64,000 nucleotides of DNA from Octopus vulgaris (Eukaryota), in the NCBI GenBank assembly GCA_951406725.2, contig OX597819.1, positions 131,688,001 to 131,752,000 of the forward strand, written 5' to 3'. The notes under the pieces are model-generated. The model saw only the letters and a list, made by a program, of their open reading frames with translations, was not told where the DNA came from and ran no database searches. The position numbers were made by a program, and so were the translations under genes. Shown here piece by piece: positions 39,041 through 51,682 of this stretch (the first letter of the stretch is position 1; every line of letters starts with the position of its first letter).

Positions 39041-40719
39041 AATACCAGTGTTATAGACCTGTTACAGTCAAGGCTGTGCACTTGTGCCAAGACTGTTACC
39101 TCTCAGCAATGCTCATTCCACAATCCAACTGAAAGTATATGTGTGTGTGTGTGTGTATACAGACACATTATACAGACATGACCCTAATGCTAACCATTTT
39201 AAATGGTCACACATACCAAAGCTAATATAATAAATACTACATTAATGAAAGGGATGCCGTTTTCCAACAACTTTACTCTTATTTCCTCAAGTACAGACAA
39301 CATGCAGTCTGGTAGCTGTTTCTGATGGGGCTGCCACAAAATTCCAATTGAATTTAACAGCCAAAACCAGGCGACATCTCTGTTCCACTGGATTTCCTTT
39401 GCAGACAAATGTATAATACTATGACTTAAAGGGAATTACTAATATAAGTTGTAATTATGTTCTTTAGACTCTCATATTACAATTAGACACCAAACACAGC
39501 ACCTTAATTTGTTACTATCTTAACTAATTAGTAACTCAGTCTAAGTCGACATACATTTGCCACAATTGTTTATAAAATATTTTACATAATACTTAAAAAT
39601 TAAAACAATCTGTTTTCATATATTATATCAGTGTGTCTATGTATATACACACACACAAACAGAGGGGGAGAGAGAAAAAAATTCTATCAGTGCAGATAGA
39701 TAACAAATCTGTAACTTAGTTGATTATCTCCCTTTATCTAAAACCTTTTTACTTTTTTTAAATCTAGCCAACAGCCTCCATTTCAAATGTAATTATTTCC
39801 TGTGTTTTAGTATGGATGAGATGGTGGGGAGGGTCCTTCAGCTCTTCCCTTTCAGTGTGCGTGTATGTACGGGTCAGTGCGTGTGTGTGTATGTGTGTGT
39901 GTCTGTCTAAGGCTGCCCTAGGGTTGCTGGTGCCCTGGACAAGCTGAACTTTGATATGTACAAGCTGACAGTCTTGGAAATGTTATTGTCACGCCCTCCT
40001 TGGTGCCCCCTAGCACATAGCGCCCTGAGCGACTGCCCAAGTTGTCAGTACCTTGAGCCGGCTGTGTGTGTGAGCATGCATGTGTACATGGTGTGTGTGT
40101 GTGTGTGTAGGTTATCATGTTGGACAATGTGGATGCGTATACAATAACTTAGGCCAATATGTATAATCATCATCATCACCATCATAAATATGTTATACAG
40201 CTGCATGTGTGCATTAAAATTTTACATTTCAGTTGCTATCTCCTTATGTATGATCTGGTTCCCTTGAGTAGGGGCTCTTCTGACAAATTGTGACACCCCA
40301 CAGAAGAAAGAAAGCTGTGGGGTTGGTGTGAGAAGATATTGTGACAGCTTCCCACAAGAAACCTTGTGGACGTGTTTGCAACAGAGTAGACTGTTCAAGG
40401 AATCCACGAGAAAGTTATTCACAAGTATCTCTATATACATACACATAAAGATACATAGTTGTATGTGTGTGTGTGTGTAGAATAATCATCACTATCGTTT
40501 TAACGTCCATTTCTCTATTCCTGCATGAGTTAGATGGAGTTTACCAAAGCAGATTTTTTATGGTGAGACACCTTTTCAGTCTCCAGCCCTCATCAGTTTC
40601 CAAGTAAAGTAATATCCCCCCCCCCCTAGACACACACACGGCCAGACATGTTTCCATGGAACATTGGAAATGAATGACACTGCTTGCATGACAGTAGCAA
40701 TCAACTGTAAATTATATAT

Positions 40720-41114
40720 ACTCTCTTTTACTTGTTTCAGTCATTTTGACTGCGGCCATGCTGGAGCACCGCCTTTAGTCGAGCAAATCGACCCCGGGAC
40801 TTATTCTTTGTAAGCCCAGTACTTATTCTATCGGTCTCTTTTGCCGAACCGCTAAGTGATGGGGACGTAAACACACCAGCATCGGTTGTCAAACAGACAC
40901 ACAAACACACACACATACATATATATACATATATATATATATACATATATACGACAGGCTTCTTTCAGTTTCCATCTACCAAATCCACTCACAAGGCATT
41001 GGTCGACCCGGGGCTATAGCAGAAGACACTTGCCCGAGGTTCCATGCAGTGGGACTGAACCCGGAACCATGTGGTTGGTTAGCAAGCTACTTACCACACA
41101 GCCACTCCTGCGCC
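40720..41114 (-). mobile_element. SINE family A with target-site duplication
   Basis: Full-length copy, with CTGTAAATTATATAT repeated at 40705-40719 and 41114-41128. Confidence 0.93.
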
Positions 41115-41211
41115 TGTAAATTATATATCATTTTTTTATAATAATAATAATAATATAGGCCCATCTTTTTTCAGTCATTTGTTTAGGTTTAGTTGATTTA
41201 ATTGGAGCTTC

Positions 41212-41245
<34 letters not shown>

Positions 41246-41789
41246 AAATATACAATTACAGTCATTATAAAAAGATTTATGTGGTCACTTTTCTCCAAAA
41301 TTTACAGCCTTTGGGTGTTATTTACAAATTTATAAAAAAATATACATGATGGGCTTCTTTCAGTTTCTGTCTACCAAGGCTTTGATCAGCCAGATGCTAT
41401 AGTAGAAGACACTTGCCTATGGTACCACACAGTGGGACTGAACCTGGAACCATGCAGTTGAGAAGCACACTTTGTACTACAGAGCCATGCCTCTGCCTAA
41501 TCTCTCCCAAGAGTGTGTGTGAGAGAGATGGTCGTCTATCTTGGGTTCAAACGTAACCATATTCTCATTGCAGGCATCAGACTGTAATACATTTCATAGC
41601 ATTTCCATGATGGGTCTTCAGCCCTGATTGTTTAAAGGCATTTTTTATGACCAAAGAGGGATATAATTTGGTCAAGGATTACTCCAACAGTAGTTTCATC
41701 TTTGTGCATTAATCCAAAATGAATTCTCACCCCAGCAGCCAGTGAATACACCTTTGAACGGCAGTGATTCATTTGTATTGATCAAAAAA

Positions 41790-42600
41790 TCAAAAATCAA
41801 AATCGATCAACATGAATGGAAATTGTAGCTGTGATACCAGTGCTGGTGGCACATAAGAGAACCATCCGAACGTGGCCGTTGCCAGTGCCGCCCTGACTGG
41901 CACGTAAAAAGCACCATCCAACCGTGGCCGTTTGCCAGCCTCATCTGGCACCTGTGCTGGTGGCACGTAAAAAGCACCCACTACACTCACGGAGTGGTTG
42001 GCATTAAGAAAGGCATCCAGCTGTAGAAACATTGCCAGATCAGATTGGAGCCTGGTGCAGCCTCCTGGCTTGCCAGTCCTCAGTCAAACCGTCCAACCCA
42101 TGCCAGCATGGAAAGCAGACATTAAACAACAATGATTTGAATTCTTCCACTGATTTCTGGTCCTTCAAATAACTTGCTTCCTCTTCCTTCAAGCAATTCA
42201 TTCCAGATAAATTAAGATCCAGCAATTTCTGCTGTTATTTATGCTTGGTGTCCAGAAGTTGAGATATTTTCATCAAACCAATCTTTGTTTTTGCATTTCC
42301 TGAGACCCAAAATATTCACAGAAATGGCACAAACTGATTTCTCCGAAGTCTATCCATGAATCCTCAAGCAGTCAATTTACTAAGAGCTTCATGTAAATAT
42401 TAAGATACTAGCCTTGAAGCTGCCCTTTGGGTGGCATTCAGGCTACACTCTTGGAGTGGTTGGCATTAAGGGCATCCAGCTGTAGAAACTTTGCCAGATC
42501 AGATTGGAGCCTGGTGCAGCCTCCTGGCTTGCCAGTCCTCAGTCAAACCGTCCAACCCATGCCAGCATGGAAAGCAGACATTAAATAACAATGATTTGAC
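41790..42600 (+). mobile_element. Two RTE 3'-tail copies (41790-42140, 42445-42599) flanking a minus-strand LINE fragment
   Basis: Both tails match the RTE UTR. The intervening minus-strand sequence encodes KNKDWFDEN, typical of BovB-like RTE ORF2. Confidence 0.8.
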
Positions 42601-42917
42601 CACTCAGTGCTATTTCTTATTTGCTTCTATCTAGAAATCAAAGGAAATGACCACTGTTCCCTTCAAACTTTGCTTTTATCACCTGGACATCAGTGTTTTG
42701 AAACTGACCTATTTTCCATTACATTTCAGACAGAGTCAGTGCTGAAGCAGAAATATCATTATAGCAAATATTCTGCTCAATTCCACAGATATGCTTGTCA
42801 GTTGCTTGACCATAGCCACTTGAGCATGTCCCTTAGTTAGTGCCTGAAAAGAATTTTTTTTTTTTTTATTCACAAACAATTCAGAACATTAAAAAGAATA
42901 GAATTGAACCAACAGAC

Positions 42918-43061
42918 CTTCTGTTTTGTATTTCATGTATGTCGTCTTATTTTCCATCATGGCATCAACAGCAAGTTTTTCATAATACATAGCAGTGATG
43001 ATAGCAATGGTCGGCTGTTGGTTGGCAGCAATCGTTGGCATCTGTTTTACGAGTTGTACCT
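42918..43061 (-). CDS. Internal exon (144 nt, phase 1-1), start of the phosphorylase domain
   Basis: Boundaries tctcttgtag|AG GTA CAA ... ACA GAA G|gtctgt. It encodes EVQLVKQMPTIAANQQPTIAIITAMYYEKLAVDAMMENKTTYMKYKTEG, and IAIITA..E is the first strand of the PNP_UDP_1 fold. Confidence 0.9.
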
Positions 43062-45157
43062 CTACAAGAGAATCCATGAAAGCATGGTGTGAGAATTTAC
43101 AACAAACACAAGAATCTCTTTCCAATGAAACAATGAATAAATATGACAATGGTTGTCTAAAGTTAAGGAAATATTGGTTACAAACTTTGGTACAAGGCCA
43201 GCAATTTCAAGGGAGGGGATAAGTTGATAACATGGACCCCAGTGTTTAGCTCGTACTTATTTTATTAATCTCAAAAGGACAAAAGGCGAAGTTGACCTTG
43301 GCAGAATTTGAGCTCAAAATGTAAAATTGGAAGAAATGCCGCTAAGCATTTTGTCTGGTAAAGTAACAATTCTGCCATCTTGCCACCTAAATTAAGGAAA
43401 TATCAACTAATAATAATTAGCAAAGAGTGATGAGTGGGAAGCATTATGGCCAGCTAATGCAGCATTCTCACAAACCAATGCATAGTTGTCTCTTCCCATT
43501 GGTTGATTCTATCTTGTTCTGAAAGTGACACAAGTACAGAACATTGATAAGCTGCAACAATAGTGAAATGCACATCTGTCACTCTCATGGTCACTTCTGG
43601 GTAAATTTTGTTTTAGCAATGATATATATAGTGTTGTTTAATACAATATATCTATAAAATGATTATTTGCACACAAAAACTGCGGCTTCTGGTTTCTTAA
43701 CAATTCACATAACATTAATTATGTTATATAGATGATTTTATTCTGGAGATGCTTCTACAGCATAACCTAAATTTTATACTCACACAAATGTGCACGTGCG
43801 TGTATGTGTATCATTCAATATTAATAGTGCTGCTGTCACTGATATCTATTTCTAAAGAGCCTGCTCATTATTTGTGACATCAGTGATTGAACAGTCCCTA
43901 TTTTTCAACGTCATTGGTGGTGGAATTCTGCTGGCATGTAGTCAGTAAATGTCTGTTCCTGATGAAGCATATGTATGCTGAAATCGTGATCTAACAGTTC
44001 TCCCATGCATGCCAGACGATTCTCTTCTGCTAATGATATTCTTTTACTTGTTTCAGTCATTTGACTGTGGCCATGCTGGAGCACTGCCTTTAGTCGAGCA
44101 AACTGACCCCAGGACTTAGTAGAAGACACTTGTCCAAGGTGCCAGGCAATGGAACTGAACCTGGAACCAGGTGGTTGGTAAGCTACTTACCACGCCACCA
44201 CTCCTGTGTTTTTTTATATGAGAGAATCAGTAATACAATGTTCTAACACTACATCCACACTGAGTATAAAGATTGCCACAGATAAATTTATAAGATGGTG
44301 ATTAGAATGTTTGTATGTGTATTAAACATTGTAAAATGTTGACATTTTATTTTTCACAAATCTCATTATTTCTCTTATCTTGAAGATTTATCAATTTTAT
44401 TTTTAAAACAGCCAGCTAAAGGTCATGGCTGGAAAAAAAAACAAAAAACAAAACAAAAAACCTGATCTTTTCTTTCAATGTATTCCTAAAGCAGAACATA
44501 AACACACATTGAGATGTGAATCTGGCATCTCTACGGCTGTTTCTAGGAGATTGTGTTTGTGTTATTAACGACGATAAATCCGCATATTTGAGGTGGTTAT
44601 TTTAGCCAGTACAACTGGTTGAGGTTGGTGAGGGCAAGGGTTCAAATATTTATGTCACTAATCTCTTATTATGGACCTACCATGTTCTGTGGGTTTTATT
44701 TTGCTTGTTTTCTTTGCAATTCTTATCTAAATTTTGTTTCACGCTTTAGCATTCAGATTACTCCGTCAAATGTAATGCTTATTCATTCACATTACTTTTG
44801 AATTATTCATGTATTATCTCAGTATGAGGACTTTGATGATGTGATAGAATAGAGGGACAGTGTAGGCCAAGTGTAAGAGGCTGGATCTGGCCAGTTTGAA
44901 CAAAAAACAGGAGGAATATTTAAGCTGGAAATATCCAATTTAAATGCTAAAGGTTAAGCAGGTATTTGATTTTGATGTGTTTGTGTATTTGTGCTGCAGC
45001 TATTTCAACAGAATTGTGAAAGGAAACTATTTTAATAAAGTTTTCCAAAATGTATTTTCCAAGGTTTTATGAAATGTAATTCAATAAGATAATTAATTCC
45101 AAAATGAAGTCCTGTAAAGTTGTTTAAAGTTGTAAAATATAAAAATCAAATTGTAAC

Positions 45158-45276
45158 CTGATTTCTCGTCTAGTACGTGTCTCATGAATCCACCCTGCTC
45201 CATTTCTGTGACCAAATTGCGTGTATGGAGTTCTTTTAGCTGTTCACGGACCATAACTTCATCAGCAGCAGTAATT
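45158..45276 (-). CDS. Internal exon (119 nt, phase 2-1), second half of the winged-helix-like domain
   Basis: Boundaries aatttctag|A ATT ACT ... AAA TCA G|gttaca. It encodes RITAADEVMVREQLKELHTRNLVTEMEQGGFMRHVLDEKS, and the phases match both neighbours. Confidence 0.85.
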
Positions 45277-45934
45277 CTAGAAATTAACAACAATTCGTTA
45301 GAGACAATATTACATTTTTAGGGAGCGGTGGGGAATGAAACCAACCAAGCTATGGTATATAACTCATACTTATTACACAGTGAGCCCAGAAGGACTTTTC
45401 CTCCACCTGGGCCCAAAATTTGATGGTAGAACTTAAAATAAAAACTTAGGGCTGATATTTAATATTTGTCAATATGCTAGCATTTCTGATTTGCTCCTAT
45501 TCTATAAAATAATAAACCAGGAAGGTAATGAAAGTCACTACACAACACAAAGTTGGTTATTCAGCATTTCGTTTTTGACAAGCTCTAATTTTGAAGTAGA
45601 AAATCTAAACTTCTAAACCCCAAAAGGGTCATGACTTGAAGTGGATCACACAATGTAGCAAGGAGATATCGGTTGTGATATTTAAGCCGTGAAATACTGG
45701 CAGACAAGAAACTTATTTTCATTTGTTTAAGATGACAAATGCATTAAAACTATTGACTAATCTATGTTGCTGATATTTCTATGGAAGGTCAACATCCTCG
45801 GCATTAGAGTTCACACAACTTTTAATTGCACATCACCTTCATCATTTAACATCTGTTTTCCATGCTGGCATGAGTTGGACAGCTCAAAAGGAGCTGCATC
45901 AGGTTCCATAGTCTGTTTTGACTTGGTTCCTACA

Positions 45935-46274
45935 CTCGCCTCCTTATGAGAGCTCAAAATCTCTCATAGAAGCGCCATCCAACCAAAATGCAAATATATG
46001 GGAAACTACCACCTGTGTCATCTCTTGTGAAAGGTAAGAGAGTCCAGTTTGCTGGACATTGTTGTAGAGCTGAAAAAGAGGTAATTTCTACTCTTCTCCT
46101 CTGGAAGCCATCTACTCGCAATACCAGAGGGCGCTCACTCTCCTACCCTGATGTAATCTCCAGGGATACAGGCATCCAGCAACAGGACCTCCGTAATGCC
46201 GTGATGGAGCGTGAAGTCTGGCGTAGCATGGTAAATTCCATTGTCTCGACCACAGTCGAACAATGATGATGATG
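45935..46274 (+). mobile_element. 3' end of a second RTE-like LINE family nested in a minus-strand RTE tail (~45838-46345)
   Basis: IYGKLPPVSSLVKGKRVQFAGHCCRA...LLLWKP...RGR...RDTG...VMEREVWR, ending in a (TGA)n tail. The host motif TTCCTACA|GCT is split with ACA duplicated. Confidence 0.8.
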
Positions 46275-46929
46275 ACAGCTAGGGGCCCTTCCTAATGCCA
46301 CCCACTTTACAGAGTGGCACTGGGTGATTTTTATGTGGCACCAGCACAACAGATATCACAAACTGTTTTAACATCTCTCTCTCTCTCTCTCTAACACGTA
46401 ATGAGCTGATGATGCTGTTTGTCTAAAGTCTTATTTATGTCATAACATACACTAAGTCCCCGCTCAAGAATTTGTATTTCCAGTTGTGAAGATTTCCAGG
46501 GTCCATATTCTCCTGGTTTCCATTTCCTTTGTTTCGCCTTTTCCATAGAAGCACAAATAAATATCAGCCCAAGATGGCCAGTGAACCTGGGTTATTAAAC
46601 CTGACATTCATGTACGAAGGCATCAAATTGACCAAGTCCACACAGCGGCTCAGTCATTTATATAGAATACCTTGTGGTATTCTGGGATCAAATGAAACCA
46701 AAGTTAACTTTGTCTTTCATCCTTTAAGGGGTCAATAAAAATGGTGCAAATCCAAGGTTGTGGAACAATGGAAGTTTGGGAGGGAAAAATGATGCCTTGC
46801 AGTGTCTCTTCTGGCTGTTTTGTTCTGATAGTAGTGCCTTTGACATTACTGGTGCCAAACTGAACCTGTTAGTAGCCTTACTCTTAAATAAACATGTATC
46901 ATGAAGAGAGAAAACTTGAATGCAAGCGC

Positions 46930-47410
46930 AGATGCCAATCTGGTATTCCACATCTAAGGCCCACATCTTGCTATCGTGCAACATTACTTTACACACAAAC
47001 ATCTTACAATCAGACCTTGACCTTGAAGAATAAGCTTTTTGCTGCCAGTAGAGGTAATAGACCCCTAATCTTTCTAGAGCTTATATTCTAGTTACCACAC
47101 TTTCGGAAAATCACCTTCACTGCTAATTTGGTCACCTGGATGAAAAACAAAAACCTATCAATTATTTCTAGGGAGTCATCTGGGAATTTAAGAAAATTTA
47201 TTTCCTGAGCACTTCTAAGGCTTATTGCCTTGGTACACCAGCTGCATATGAACTCTACCATCTCTGTTAGCTTGCAGGGGATCCTATCACCCCTCTTGTG
47301 TGCCCATTGTTTTCATTGGGTACATCTTAGAGCATTTCTATGGACTCCTTTCTGCATGCTGAACATGACCATTTCTTTGATGGTCTCGTGATACTGTCTT
47401 CCTCCCTACT
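46930..47410 (-). mobile_element. Old copy of the PHD-containing RTE ORF2
   Basis: The minus strand reads KWSCSACRK/GVHRNALRCTQ*KQWAHKR...KLTEMVEFICSWCTKAI...LLPLLAAK...MLHDSKMWA. Confidence 0.8.
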
Positions 47411-47650
47411 TTGCTAAAAAACACACACATTAACATACCAGAAACCACAGCCCCTGACATACACAGAAACACTATGAAACATGCATACCTCCACCCACAC
47501 ATATGAAGGTTTATAAAATAAGAGGGCATTCCAAGAAATATAGCAAAGAATCGGTATCTTTTGCTATCTTCATTGCTGTTTTCACTGTTTAAGAAAAACA
47601 TTAGGAAAGATCTCGTTTGAGATTACAAACATCTTTGGCTAGTTTAACCT

Positions 47651-47991
47651 TGTTGTGTCCACTGATCTGATTGGTTAGCATCTAAGCGCGGTCTGTCTCT
47701 CTACTTATTTCATGCCAGTGTGTAAACTGACCAATCACGGCTTTCGGATAGGACTTTTCATTTGAGCCATCTTAACTCTTTAAATAGGCTGATCATATCA
47801 CGATTCAACGTCTTTCGGCTTAAGACCTTTTAAGGTCTTGGTCGGAGACCACACAGAGCTTACTCAACTATGTTCCAGTTCGAAAGGCAGACGACAGCCA
47901 AGCCAAACATAATATGAAGACGCTATTGTAAGCCAGCGACAGACAGAACGTCATCGTCTCCATCTACGAAGATTTCAACTTGTACACAACA
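47651..47991 (+). mobile_element. Possible solo LTR or promoter-like CpG-containing segment
   Basis: Ends TGTTGTGT...ACACAACA, with ATTGG and CCAAT boxes, a TATA-like TTTAAATAG and a downstream hairpin. No TSD was found. Confidence 0.35.
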
Positions 47992-49005
47992 AGATAAATA
48001 CAGATTCAACTCATGCTGTTAGTGTGAAAATCTCACCACGGAAAAACAGTTGCAGTATATATCTGAAAGAATATCTGGTTTTATAAATGTGAGTCTTCAA
48101 AGAAAAACAACCAGCAGCAGCAGCAGCATTGAGACAAGATACCAAAGATGGATTAAGATGGACCCTGATTGGGAAAAATCAAAGCTTGGAGAGTAAAAGG
48201 AGGGATGGCAGGAGGCACACCTGGCTTGGAAAGGTGGAAGGTGAACTGAGAGAAATGTCTCATACATAGAGTGTGGCACTGTAGAGAGTTGCTAAAGACT
48301 GTCGGAATGGTGTTGAAGAGGTCAGGTCTTTCTTTTCCAACTGAGAAGATGAGCTTTAACTAAATAATCATATCTATTAATGCATGTTAAACACTGAACC
48401 CGAAACAGTAAAACTGTTATTAAAATCTCTTGAAACTTGTTTTCACTGAATAAATAACATCTGTGAACAATAAAAGACAGAAGTAGCAGTGAGAGGTGGC
48501 AGAATAATGAAGGTCGGCTGATTCCATGGCAGTAAGACAGTAATAATTATCATTCATTACATTGATTATTTCTACTGATGTCCCCCCCCCCTCCGTACAA
48601 TTAGTGACTGGACAAATGGATTTTGACATCATTGAAGAGATTATTGGAAGAATTGCTGCCTGTTACCAGAGATGGTTGGCAGATGAAATGGCAAGATTTT
48701 AAGACTTTTGGCGTTTGAAGATTCAAATCACTTTGAGGCAACAAAAACTTCATAAATTATCCAATCAATTAGCCATCTGTTAGTAATTATTGACAGATGA
48801 CTAACTGTATAAACTTCATAGAAGATTAAAGGTTAATGACTTTGGAACAAATCAGTCTTAGAAGCAAAACACTAACAGAAAAAAGATTAAACATCTTTAA
48901 ACAGCATTTATATATATAATCAGTATGCACACACACAGTGAGGAGCAATTAGGGAGTTGTGTGTAGATGTATTGTATGTGCTGTATGACATATGGGTGAA
49001 ATATA

Positions 49006-49320
49006 TCATCATCATCGTTTAATGTCCGTTTTCCATGCTAGCATGGGTTGGACGGTTCGACCAGGATCTGGGAAGCCAGAAGGCTGCACCAGGCTCCAGT
49101 CTGATCTGGCAGTGTCTCTACAGCTGGATGCCCTTCCTAACGCCAGCTACTCAGTGAGTGTAGTGGGTGCTTTTTACGTGCCACTGGCACAGGTGCCAGG
49201 CAAGGCTAGCAACGGCCACGATCGGTTGGTGCTTTTTACATGCCACCGGCGCAGAAACCAGTCAATGTGGCATTGGCATCGGCCACGTTCAGATGGTGCT
49301 TTTTATGTGCCACCAGCACA
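49006..49320 (-). mobile_element. 5'-truncated RTE tail with 12-bp TSD
   Basis: GGGTGAAATATA at 48994-49005 and 49321-49332 flanks the copy. Confidence 0.92.
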
Positions 49321-49863
49321 GGGTGAAATATAGTTGAATAATAAAAGAATTCTAGCAGAGACAAATATTCCTCAACTGTGGAAAAAGCTAAAATAGAGTT
49401 GCTGATTCCTGGATCATAAAATGGTTAGAATAATCAGTAAATTAGCAAGACAGACAAGGTTCATTTGAGAATGAACTTGTTATTGATTAATATCAAATGC
49501 AAACTTGAGAGTTTGTGGAGAAAGGGATAGTCGTTAGTACATAACGAGGTAGGACAGTCCTAGATACGTAACAAGTGCTAAGTAACGGTTTCCATTACAA
49601 AGATGTGCCAAAGAATATCTGAGATCCATAGAAAGTTTGGCGAAATAGATTGGAATGATGAATGTGGAAGAGAGAGGAAAATGAAGAAATTTTCATTAAC
49701 CTATGCTAATGAGGCAACAAACTACAATTAACGAAGACTAAATTATGAATTTGGGTCCTGTACTGTATGAAATCAGTTCCATTTTAAAGAAAATATTCAA
49801 CCTTGCTAAACTAAAAGACATCAGTTGAAAACCAAACTAAATATACATTTGGAATAAACTCAC

Positions 49864-49972
49864 CGGCAGATATCTTCAACTGCCAAAATGTTGGGATAAG
49901 CAGATTCCAATATGTGCAACATCTTTTCCCGGAGAATTTCATCCTTAGGCCGATTGTCTATTTTGGGTAAAC
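49864..49972 (-). CDS. Internal exon (109 nt, phase 1-2), first half of the winged-helix-like domain (missed by the ORF track)
   Basis: Boundaries attttcag|GT TTA CCC ... ATC TGC CG|gtgagt. It encodes LPKIDNRPKDEILREKMLHILESAYPNILAVEDICR, and CG+A joins the next exon as Arg. Confidence 0.9.
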
Positions 49973-51357
49973 CTGAAAATAAATTTTCATTCATTAAAAA
50001 TAGTATAAAATGGACCAACAGAATCAGCTTCATCTGGATTGAAAAGTCTGAAAAAACTTCTTTTTCTTTTAAATTATAACAAGAATAATTTTACGTATTT
50101 CTATAAAAAAATAGAAAAAAATATTGATTTTTTAAAAAATATAATAATTATTTAAATTTATCAATATTAAATTACATTGAAAATAAAAAAATAATTTTTA
50201 GATTAAATAATATTTGCTGGCTGGCAATAATTTTATTTTTGTCCAATCTGTAAACTACGTTAGATCTGTTAAAAGGTTTCCATGAGAAGAAAAATTAATT
50301 TTATTCCTGAGAATTTGTGATATTCTTTATATCTATAAACATACAATGGTATAACGTTAACTTTCTCAAAAGAAATCATTATTATTATTATTAGCAGCAG
50401 TAATTGTATTAAATGAAATATATCAATATATTATATAAAATTCAGTAATGTATTATTATTATCGCTATTATTAAATAAAAGAAATTAATACATATATTAT
50501 ACATACTTCAGTTGTGCGAATATAGAAAGCAAAATGAAAAGGAAAAATTATGTTTTGAGAATAACATTTAAATGTATTTGCGTTTCTATATGAACACATA
50601 CACATGTGGGATCACATGCACATGTAGATTCACATGTGGATGCATAAGCATGCAAACAAATAATTTGGAATGCAATAAAACTTTGTAAAAAAAAAAAAAA
50701 TTGGAGAACATTTTCACATATTTTAAAACGTGTTCAGTTTTTTGACATTGAGAGCATTTCTTATGAATAAATTTGGGAAAAGGGTACCAAAGTGCAAAGA
50801 TTTCTCACAAGAATTTATTCATTGGTTTTGGTACAAGTTTACCACAAAAGAAAATACTGTGGAGAAATAGCCACAAAGTGGATGGAATTGGAAAGTTCAA
50901 AGTTTACTTACGAGAAACAAAGATTAATAAAAGAATTGTCTGAAGGAATTTTGAAGAGATTTTTGACTGAGCCATTTTATTGACTCCCTACCTTACCATT
51001 CCACTACTAATCATCTAATTAAAACAATCTCTCAATCTCTCAAGTGTTAAACTAATGAATTCTCTTAAGTGGGGGTTTCTAATATCAAATTGATTAATAA
51101 CGGATTCTAATATTTAAAGATCATAAGAAGATTAGAACCTCTTCTCATCATTCAAAAACAACCAAAGCTTTAAGAGGTTCAGCTCTACAGACAAAGAATA
51201 TTACTGTAGTTAATGATTACTTCCAAAACAGATTGTTTGTTCCATCTAAAGTGATCTCTCTCTCTCATCTGCCTTCCATGTGAGTACTTCATACTTATGT
51301 AAAATGTAAGCCTATTACATATTTTGTGTGTGTGTGTGTGTAAATACTTATCTGAAA

Positions 51358-51682
51358 ATGCATGGCTTAGTGGTTAGGGCATTTGGCTAATGGTTGGAAG
51401 GTTTTGAGTTCAATTCCAGGTAACATGTGTCCTTGAGCAAGACATTTCACATTGCTCCAGTCCACTCAGCTGGCAAAACCAAGTAGTAGCTGTAATTGAA
51501 AGGGACCAGCAGCCTTGTCACACTCTGTGTCATGCTGACTCTCCCCGAGAACTATGCTAAGGGTGTGCCTGTCTGTCGGGTGTTCCATCCACTTGTTTGC
51601 ACCTGAATTTCACAAGCAGGCTGTTCCATTGATTGGATCAACTGGAACCCTTGTTGTCATCGTAACCGATGGAGCGCCAGTC
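51358..51682 (+). mobile_element. tRNA-derived SINE family C
   Basis: A-box TGGCTTAGTGG, B-box AGTTCAATTCC and a core TGTGTCCTTGAGCAAGACA. The tail is shared with ~25370-25470. Confidence 0.75.

Noticed and set aside
45158-49972. Z-alpha (Z-nucleic-acid-binding) domain
   Set aside because: The helix spacing is winged-helix-like, but the diagnostic Asn/Tyr in helix 3 and the Pro-Pro-x-Trp wing are absent, so I call it only wHTH-like.
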